DNA from: Azolla caroliniana
Taxonomy: Eukaryota; Plantae; Polypodiophyta
Length of the DNA stretch: 64,000 bases
Direction of reading: 5' to 3'
NCBI GenBank assembly: GCA_043228905.1
Contig: JBHGNT010000014.1
Location: 11,656,001-11,720,000 of the forward strand
The notes beneath the pieces were generated by a model. It saw nothing but the letters and a program-made list of their open reading frames with translations. It made no database searches and had not been told where the DNA came from. This document shows positions 12,288-22,700 of the stretch, in pieces. Made by a program: the position numbers and the translations under genes. Every line of letters starts with the position of its first letter. Position 1 is the first letter of the stretch.

Positions 12288-14338
12288 ATCGTATGCAGAA
12301 CGCATCGCGCTCGCTCGTGTGCGATGGCGGCTCTGCGTCATCTTGCTTGCTCGTGTGCGATGGTGGCTCTGCGTCGTCTTGCTTGTTCGTGTGTGATGGC
12401 GGCTCTGCGTCGTCTTGTTGGCTGGCTGCGACTGAAGGGTTTCCGGAGTCCTCTTCGCAAGGGTCATCATGGTGAGTTTCCTCCTCATGGGTTGATTTAG
12501 TTGTGGATGGCAATAGATATGGCTTCATCTGGATCACGTGCGCATAGGTAATCCATCCATTAGCATCTCGACAGAGAGAATAGGTGTTGGCCCTCATTGA
12601 ACGGATGACCGTAAAAGGGCCAATCCATCGATGCATCATTGATTCACTAAGTCCTTGTCGCCCTATTGGAAAATAGACTAGGACCTTTGCGCCGATTGCA
12701 TATTCTACTGCCTGACGGCCCTTATCATAGCACCGTTTTTGTCATGCCTGAGCCAATTGCAGATTCTTGTGTATGCTCATCCGTAAGATAGGTTGGACCT
12801 GCTGCAAGTGCAACCACCAATCCATTGCATCGGTTCGAGTATGTTTTTTGGGAAGATCCACCTTGATGTCGGGGGTTAAACGAGGGTCTCTTCCATATAG
12901 TGCTCTAAAAGGACTGATTCGAGTTGAGGCCTACACCGAAGTATTATACGCATCTGTGATGAATGGTAGGATCAAGTCCCACGTTGTGTGTAGTGGATCG
13001 ATGAATGCGGTAAGTTGTTGTTTAATCGTCTTCTTCATCCGTTCTGTCAATCCATTTGTTTGGGGAAGATATGGGGAGGTAAATATTTGTTGAATACCTA
13101 ATTGTGTGGCTAGTGCTGGCAATACCTCTCCACTAAATTGTGGGCCTTGATCTGACAGGATGCGAGCTGGGCAACCATGTGGGAAAATGATCCGCTCCAT
13201 CAACTTTGTTGCTATGGTGACCGCTCGTGCATCCGGAATTGTGGTGGTTTCGGTCCATCGCGTCAAGTATTCCGATATGACTAAGATATACCTGTTTCCT
13301 GCCTGGGATTCGGGAAAAGGGTCGATGATATCCCATCCTATCAATTCAAAGGGTTCAGAAACAGTAATAGGTTGGAGTAAGCCGTCATTGGAATGGGGTG
13401 GCTTAATTTGTTGACATGAGTGACATTGTTTGATGTAGGTTGCGATTGTTGTATGCATTTGCGGCCAATAATATCGGAGATGGATCTTGTCCAACACCTT
13501 GTGGAATCTGAGGTGGCTAGACATCGGGTGATTGTGAAAAAATTGCATATATAAACTCCTCAAGCTTTGTGGTATGTAGATTCGTGGCTCTTTTCCTGTT
13601 TGTATAAAGTATAAGACATTATTTTGCAACTGGAAATGGTTGTGTACCTTGTTGCTTGTGGTCGATTGGATGTCGTGGGTGATTTGTCGTATTTGTTCGT
13701 CGGCTTGTTGTAGGGCTGCTATCTGGGCCATTGTTGTGGGTAATTGGACTACTGTAGGGTTGAATTGAACACATTGTGTTTCTACTCTTGACAACCCATC
13801 GACGATCACATTTTGGACTCCTTTTTTATAAGTTAATGTGTACCGATACTCCTGTAAAGCCATTGCCCATCTTAATAAGCGACCTGGTGGGTGCGGCTTG
13901 TTAATTAGGTGGACTAGGGGTTGGTGTTCTGTTTCAACGTTGACGTGGGTGCCGTGTAAATAGGGATGGAACTTTGTGAAAGGCCATACGATTGCTAACC
14001 ATTCCTTTTTTGTTGTGGAGTAATTCTTTTCTACATGGGTAAGGGATCGACTTATATAGGCGATTGGATGCTCCACTCATGTCGCATCCGTTTGTTGTAG
14101 GACGGCTCCCAATCCATGATTGGATGCGTTTGTCTGCAAAAGAAAGGGACGTGAGAAATCTGGGTGAGCCAACTGACCTGCGTGGTGTAGTGTATTTTTT
14201 AATTGGATGAAGCCGTTTTCACATTCTGTTGTCCACTCAAACTTGGAGCCTTTTCGCAATAGGTGTTGTAGGGGTGCTGTCATGGTGGCCATATTTGGAA
14301 TGAATCGGAGTGAAAAAGTCGCCATGCCTAAGAAACGT

Positions 14339-15067
14339 TGTCGTAGTGTATTTTGTACACTACGTGAAAAACGTATATAGTATTAGATTCAATAAAAAAT
14401 GAAGAAATAGAAGAAAATAGCAAAATAAATGGAACATGCATAGGGCAAGATTCGAACCTTGCACCTCCATGTTAATAATGTAATGTCTTACCATTACACT
14501 AGCATTTCATTAGTGTTAAAGCATAGATGTCCCACATAGAAAGGTAAATTCACGCTAGGATAAACATTAGAAAAACGCATAACAAAAGAAAAAGCTACAC
14601 ATACACATCTAACGTGCATGATAAAAAACGCACAAGTTAGAAAAAAGCATGATCACTTTAGATAAAACATATAGTCTATCTATAGGAAAAGCATGGGGTC
14701 TATAGTTAGAGAAAAAGCATGGATTACTAAGACTTCCTCATCACTACATAAGGATGGGGAGCACAATGTAATTGTGTGTGGAAAAATATTTGGAAACTAG
14801 ATATGTTTCTAAAAAACACCAATTAATAAACTATACTCGTGGGATTCACGAGAATTCTATATCATTCTCTTTCAACCGAAGTTTATATTCTTATATTCAT
14901 ATTGATTAATCTAATACAATACACTCGTGGGATTCACGAGTTTGCTATAACTCTTTCTTACAACATATTTATATTCTTATTAGCCTTAAAACTCTCCTCT
15001 TCCTAGTCCAAAACCCCAGCGGTTCCCACCCGACTCACGCAACGATCCGGAGCCGAAAGGCACGACA
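14339..15067 (+). mobile_element. Solo LTR of gypsy family C inserted in the RT of element A; 4-bp TSD ACGT/ACGC
   Basis: TGTCGTAG...CACGACA termini; reverse-complement homolog of 28219-28978 and 38462-39194; removal restores SLQRFLGMATF. Confidence 0.9.
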
Positions 15068-16654
15068 ACGCTGCAAGGACTTGACTGTGGTTGGTCGAGG
15101 AAAATTAGTCACGGCCTCGGTCTTCTTTGGGTCCATCTGGAGGCCTTTGGCGGAAATTATGTAGCCCAAAAACTTTAGTTGTGTGCTACCCCATCTGCAT
15201 TTTTTCCATTGTAATTTCAAATTGTGTTGTTGTATTCGTTGTAGAACTAATTGTAATACCTGAAGATGTTGTGGCCATGTGGAAGTATGAATTAGAATGT
15301 CATCTAAGTAGACAAGCACTGTACCATCAGTGATCAGGTCAGCGAAGATTGAATTTGCCATCCGTTGAAAGGTGTTGCCTGCATCGGACAAGCCAAATGG
15401 CATCCTGTTGAATTGGAATAGGCCTCTGCGTGTTCTGAACGTTGTCTTATGTGCATCTCTTGGGTCCATTGGAATCTGCCAATATCCGGCTGTAAGATTG
15501 ATAGAGGTGAAGTGCTTTGAGCATCCCAACTGGTCCAAGAGGTCATCTATTCGCGGCAGAGGGTAAAGGTCATGGATGGTCACTTGATTGAGCTTGTGAA
15601 AGTCCACACAAAATCGGTATGTGCCGTCATCCTTTTCGACCATGTGTGGTTCTGATACCCAATCACTATGTGAGGGTGAGAGGATCCCCTTTTTAAGCAT
15701 CTCATTCATTGCTTGGTCGATGCATGCATGATCTAAAGGAGAACGTCGTCTTGCTGCTGTCCGGACAGGTGTTGCGCTTCCGGTGTTGATGACATGTTGG
15801 ACCGGAAATGAGACTGTAGTGGGCTTGTCAGGTGAGTTGATTAGCTCGGGGTATTGAGTTAAAATCTTGTGGACAGCATTTAGGCGAACCTCCTTGCCTA
15901 ATGCTACCTGTGAAGGATTTAGGTCATACTTGTGGATCTGGGCGATTAGCGTGCCTATCAGTCTGCGAAGAGAAAAAAGACAGCATGGCCTGATCAGTCA
16001 AATTGGATTGTATTGCTATGTTAGATACCGCTTGCATTAGTTGATCCATCTGAAAAGTTTGACGATTTTCTTGGCGCTGTTGCAGAAATTCAGGATTCAT
16101 GTCGGTGCATTCTGTTGCACCGTTCTGTATTGGAGATGCCATTTGTATGCTGGTTTCGACATGTTGTTGTTGCGTCTTGTTGTTGTTATTCGCTGACCGG
16201 ACAAGGTCTAACACAAGGTGTCACGGAGACACTTCACCAAAGGGTGATTACGGCATAGGATTATGACTCAACGATTACACTGACTTACGTAGGTTACACG
16301 ATTAGATCGCTTTTGTTAATTACACGCGTAAGATATAACAGTAAGTACAGAACGGAAATCAACACAGAAGTATAAACACCATATGCTCTATTAATTATCC
16401 ACTGCGATTACAATGGGGTCCGGGCCTTTAAATAGGTTTCCGGCCCGTAGTACAAAACGGTGCCTATCGCACCTATTCGGGATCCGTCCGGATCTGGAAC
16501 GGCATACCGTTTCCAGTCCGTCCGTCCATACTAGGCTTATTTACAACCATACTTAATTAATTCCTTCACTCCGTATTTTGGACTCCTTGCCGGCCGGTAA
16601 CACATGGCACGCCCATGGGACAGTACCTTGTACGTCGAACCCTTCTCGGCCCCT

Positions 16655-19537
16655 TCATTGTTCACCCAAATTGTCCAAAATACTTTGTTCCAGAGTTTCC
16701 ACTTGTTCTTCCGGTTGTGGTTGCTGCGGCTGTGCTTGCTGCTGCTGCTGTGGTTGCGGTTGGGACTGAGGCTGCTCCGGCTGCTCTATAGGTGGCTGCT
16801 CCGTTTGTTTCTCTGACTCCGGCATCCCCGTTTGACTGCTTCCGGTCCGGTCTCCTTCCAGTAACGGTTCCTCATCACTGAGGTTGACCGTAACCGGTTC
16901 TCGTGCTTTCTCTTCCCGGATCCGGGACCTCTCGTAGCTTTCAAACTGGATCTGCGCCTCCAGCCTGTCGTCGTCCAGCTGAGCTACAAGTTGCCGGACT
17001 TGCCCTAGTTGGTCCTTTGCCAAGGCTTGAAAGTCTTCGGCCAGCTCATCTCTTATGCCGGTGAAGTCTTCGGAAGTCAGCATATAGCAATCATCTCCCT
17101 CCTTCCGCCGGTTCTCTACGTCGGCCCGGAGCAATTGGAGTTCCGCCGCGTTCGTGGCCCACTTGGTCCACCATTTGACGGAACCGTTATCAATCAAGCT
17201 CTTGGTCTGGTTCAACCAGGCCCGCATGATATCCTGGATGCGACTTGCTCCCATTTGCGCTCTACTTTCCACAACTTGTCGTTCCTCCTTCAACTGCTTG
17301 ATGAGATTAGCCGTATCCTCCGCCTGCTCTCTGTAGCGCGTCAGCTGCCCTTGATATGTTGTCTGCAGCCTCTGCAGTACCTCCGCCGCTCTTTCTTTTT
17401 CCGCCTGCTGTTGCCTGAGGAGCTCTGTCCGAACCTTCTCCGCCTCTTCCAACCGTCTTCTGGTTTCCGCTTGTTCATTAGCGTATGCCGTTGCGGTCCG
17501 ATCAACTGCTTGCCGGAGCTCATCTGTCCGTTCCTTGTGCTCCGTTTGCAACCGTTTATACTCCCGGTGCAAGTGCTCAAATTCCTCCGTTTTTTGTTTG
17601 AGCTTGCCGTTGATCTGGCGATGGTTCCGGTCCTCCCGGTCCTTTAGCTGCCGGAATTCCTCTTTCAGGCGCTCTACTTCTGTTTCGGCGTTTCTCCGGA
17701 GCCTGTCCTTCTCTTGCAGCATTTTCTCCTTCTCCTCCTTGAGCCGGTCGTACGCTTGGTGGCCTTTTCGTAAGCTCTCCTCGGCCCGGCGTAGATTCTC
17801 AGCAGTCTTTTTGAGTTCTGCCTCCGCTGCCGTCTTCAATTCTCTTTCGCGGCTCCTCAGCGCTTCTTGGGCAGCTAGCTCATCCTTTAAGTCCGCAAGC
17901 TCTTGGGCTTATGCCGCATTTCTCTCCGGAACGGTTTCCATTGCCGGGGTCTGATTGCTATGTACAGGTTGATTTGACGCTTTATTCTGTACATTGCCTG
18001 GAGTCACCGGTGCTTGGACTTGTGTTGTCAAAGCCAATTGAGCCATTTCCCGTGTGACCCTGTCCAAGTCTTGTTCAAGGCTCCAGATTCTGGACCGGGC
18101 CGTCTCTAGATCTACGGTTGTGACGAGCAACCGTTCGTGGTGCGCTCTCCCCTCCGCCTCTATGTACTCGACCGCTCCGGCGATCTGCTCGCCTACCCAC
18201 CGTAGCCACATGCTACTGGTGCCTTGCTGCTGTACTGGTCGGGTCGGCTCGTTCACTGTGGAATTGTCTGGCCTGAGTGCCTGTATCTGCCGTTCTGGTT
18301 CTACTTCTTGGCCGCCGTGTGTGCTGGTTGGGCTCGCCGGCTGTTGAGTTCTGGTTCTCGCCGTCTCCGGAGCCGTTGGAATGACTTCTTGTATCAAGGC
18401 CGGTTCTATGCGCACCGGTTCCGGTTCCTCCCTTGTGGTTTGCTCAGGTTGAGTTGGGGGCGTTTCTTCCTTTTGCGGGTCTGAACGCTCCCCCGCTGTC
18501 CCGGCGGTCCTACTTCTTGACCGTCGTTGGAGGTGCTCTACTGGCTCCTCCGTTTCCTCTTCCTGGGTAGTGGCATGTATCTGTGCCGTCAAGGGTTCCG
18601 GTTCCTTCTGTCCCAGTCACCGTATGGTTATCTTAACGGGTCGGACCGGTGACACCTCCTCCGGTTCTGGGAGCCATTTCCTCCCTTTCGTCGCCTTCGA
18701 CGCCAGCAACTGCTGTCGTTTGGACGCGGGTTTCGAGGTGCTTCCTTCCGATAATCTTGGCCGCTTCTTTGGCTGAACGGTCTCGACCGGCGGCACGAGC
18801 AATGTTATCCACTGCGCTACGGCATGGCACAGCTTCCGGCCCTCCTTGCCGTCCTTTCCTCGTACCGTGTCAATTGCCGCGCACAAACCGTCTGCAATCA
18901 ACACCGGCCAATCCACCTTGATCCCTTCATAGGTGGCTATGATCATCCCTGCCCGATTTTTTGGCATGACAGGGGGTCGGGGGTACACGTGGCCGTACTC
19001 ATGGAGCACTCGAGCTATCTCCCTGAATAGCGGATCTTCGCCGCCCTGCGTTCGATAGCCTTTGCCGGCTACAGAGTACTCACCGAAATATCGGATGAGT
19101 TGCTCCGAGGTTGGGTTATCAATCTGAAAAATACCTCCCTCCGGAAGGCCTGTTAGCGCACGGATCGCTTCCTCGGTGATGACTTCTTTGTCGAGCTCCT
19201 TGATGACCTGGTCGGCTTCTTTGTGCGGTGGTGCCTCCATGATGGTCAAGAACCCATCCAGTCCGTGTTGCCTGAACCATTTCCTGGCCGCTTCCGACAA
19301 CGTTTGTGGTTCCATGTCTACTTCGAGGTCGAGGAAAGATGGCGAGGTAGAGTGGTGATGAGAGTGAGAGCGAGAGAGAGAGCGTTCCGAACGTGGGGGT
19401 TCTCTGAGTGCAGGTTCGCGTTTGCTAAGCTTCCACTGCCTTGGTGCTTCTGTGCTTCTTGGCTCGCGAAAAAAAAAGGTCTCCATGCGTTCTTCTTTTT
19501 CTCTGTGCGTCTTGGCGCCTTTTTCGAGCATGCGCAC
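16655..19537 (-). CDS. Extra ORF of element D (~960 codons, two in-frame stops): globular N-terminus, low-complexity linker, long coiled coil
   Basis: ORFs 19537-18617, 18592-17909 and 17839-16655 share one frame, separated only by a single TGA and a single TAA. Confidence 0.75.
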
Positions 19538-19700
19538 GTCGTGTACCTATTTAGTATTAAGTAATGTGGCGGCTCTTAAATGCCCACTACGTACCTTTTC
19601 GCTCCTTGCTTTCACGTCCGTTCATACCTCGATTTTTAATGATTTCTTTTTTTATTTATTTTTATTTTATTTTATTTTATTTTAATGACGGTATGTGATC

Positions 19701-22700
19701 TTACACATCCGTAGGTCCCTTCGGACCCTTACCGTTTTCCTTATGGGTTGCTGTGTCTTCCTTCGCCTCTGCTACGGGTTCCCCGTCGTCTTTTTCTTCC
19801 ATCCGTACCGTTCCCGGACAGGTTCCCGGTATAGTGCCAGTGGGCTGCATAAACGGGTTACTTGGTATCGGTCCTTTATAGGGCTTTAGTCTAAATCCGT
19901 TGACCCACTTGCCTAGCACTTCACCGGCAAGTGTCCCTAACTGATAGGACCCGTTGTATTCCCGTGTCAGCCAATACGGGCCTGTCCATCTAAACCGGAG
20001 TTTACCCGGCATCTTGCCCATCCTCGTTTGGAATACTAGCACCGGCTTTCCGATTTCGAACATCTTTTCATTACCTTTCCGGTGACGGTCAACGAACGCT
20101 TTCCGTCGTCGTTGCTCTAGTTCCATGTGTAGGATGCTGGCCAACCGTTGCTCCTCCAGTTCGCATAGTGCTATTAGCCGCATTTCCTCCGACTCCTTTT
20201 CATTCAGCCGTTCCCGTAGTTGGATCCGTAAGCTTGGTACCTGAAATTCCACCGGCATGACCGCCTCTAAGCCGAACGCTAACCGGAACGGCGTTGTCCG
20301 GATACTTGTTTTGTATGCCGTTCGGTACGCCCATAGCGCGCTATGGAGCTTTGTATCCCAGTCCGTCCGGTTTTCATTGACGATTTTGCGGAGAATGTTC
20401 TGAAGCGTTTTGTTGGTTGACTCTGCTAACCCGTTTGCCTGTGGGTAGTACGGTGTGCTCCGTTTATGGACCACGGCATAGAACGTTGTTAAGCTTTCCA
20501 CTACCTGGCCGAGGAAGTGCCCTCCTTGGTCGCTGATTAATTCAATCGGACATCCATATCGGCACCAAATGTTTTCGTACAGGAATTTTGCTGTGGATGA
20601 CGCGGTGTTGTCTCTCAAGGCCTTAGCTTCCACCCATTTAGTGCAATAATCTGTTGCCACGATGACATAACGATTACCCGTTCTCACTGCCGGTGGCTTG
20701 AACGGTCCGACAAAATCCAACCCCCACTTCTGGAATGGCTCTAGTGGAAGTACCGGTTGGTGTGGCATCTGTGCTTGCTCCGTAGGCTGGCCCATTCGTT
20801 GGCATAGGTCACATTCCTTAGCATACTTGACGGCGTCTTTTAACGTCGTGGGCCACCATAAGCCGCTCTGCCATACTTTCCTTGCCGTCGCTTCCCCGGC
20901 ATAGTGTCCTCTGGCCACCCCACAGTGTGCTTCTCGTAAGATTACTTGTTTCTCGTCACTACGGACTGCTCGTCTCCATATTCCATCTGCTCCCTTGTGG
21001 TAGAGAGTGTCCCGTAACAGACAGAAATTATGGCTCTGCACCGCCAGTCGTTTCCTCTCGTCCCGGTTCATTTCCTCCGGTGGCAGGCCCGTGCTTAGGA
21101 ACTGGTGCATGTTTGTCAGCCACCTATCTTCTGATGCCACCGTGTCGTCCGCTGCCGTTTCCGGGGTGATACGGAATAACTCTGCGTCCGGGAATTCATC
21201 CGATACTCCGTCGCCTGATTCTCCGGACTCTAACTGGCTCAGGTAGTCTGCTACGGCATGCTGGATACCGGGCCGGTGGAAGATCTCGAATTCGAACTCC
21301 TGCAACAGCAAGGTCCAACGGGCCAACTTACCGGTCAGGGACGCCTTGGACACTAAGTACAGGAGCGCCGAGTGATCCACATGAAAGGAGAACTTCCTTC
21401 CCAATAGGTAATGACGAAACTTTGTGACACTGTAGATCATGCCCAGGGCCTCCCGTTCCGTCGTCGAATAGTTCTTCTCCGCTTGGGACAGCTTCCGGCT
21501 GGCGTAATATACCGGCCGGCGTAATATACCGGCCGGTACCATTTAGGCTCCGTAAGTTGCATTAAGGCGCTGCCGATAGCGATGTCGGAAGCGTCAACGA
21601 ACACATGAAATTCCTTGCTCCAATCCGGAGGCTGCACAACGGGTGCTTGCGACAAAAGTACCTTCAGGGCATTGTATGCCTTATCCTCCGTATCCGTCCA
21701 TTGGAACGGTGTCCGATGTACCACGGTGTGTAATGGTGTAGCCAAGTCAGCCAAGTGACGGAGCATCCGGCTATGCCACCGGATCTGTCCTAAGAATCGG
21801 CTTAGTGCTTTGGCCGTTTTCGGCGCCGGTGCCCCTAGTATCGCGTTTACTTTGTCCGGGTCGATCGCAATGCCCTCCTTACTTACAATGTGTCCTAGTA
21901 AGATTCCACTTGAAACCCCAAAGATGCATTTTGCTGGGTTTAAGCTTAGCCGGTATAACCTACACTTTTCAAGGCATAACCGTAGGTGCTGCAAATGGTC
22001 TTTTCCCCGGCTATAGACTGCAAAATCATCCAGGAAAACCTGCATGAAGGCAGGAATGTATTCGCCGAAGATCTCCATGATGATTCGCTGGAAAGTTGCT
22101 GGTGCCGTTTTTAGGCCGAACATCATTACTTCGGCCACAAACACCCCCCATTCGGTGACGAACGCTGTCTTCTCCTGGTCGTCAGGGTGCATCCGGATTT
22201 GATTGTATCCGCTGAACCCGTCTAAAAAACTATAAACTTCATGGCCGGCGACGGCATCCAGTACTCCATCCGTGAACGGAAGAGGGAATGCATCCGTAAT
22301 TGTGGCTGCATTTAGTTTCCTGTAATCTACACACACACGGATTTTACCGTTCTTCTTTGGAACGACGACGATGGGGCTCAGCCACGTCGCTTTCTTTACC
22401 GGCCGGATGAAGCCCACTCTTAGGAGTTTGTCGATTTCCTCCTTCACTTTGGCGGCGTAGTTGGGGTTCATTCGGTAACGTCTTTGCGCCACTGGTTTCG
22501 CGTCCTTGCCTAAGTGGATCTGATGCTGATATAATTGAGGGTCCAGCCCTCGCATGTCTTCGTATGACCATGCGAATACGTCGCGAAACTCCGTGAGAAG
22601 TTTGATCATCGCCGCTTTATCTTCCGACTTCATTTCTTTGGCGATGTGTACCGGCTTTGATTCGTCCTTGCTTCCTAGGTTCACTTCGTCGAGCTGGGAT

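Noticed and set aside
21437-21542. Programmed ribosomal frameshift between the two pol ORFs of element D
   Set aside because: Fully explained by a 17-bp tandem duplication in RNase H; no slippery site.
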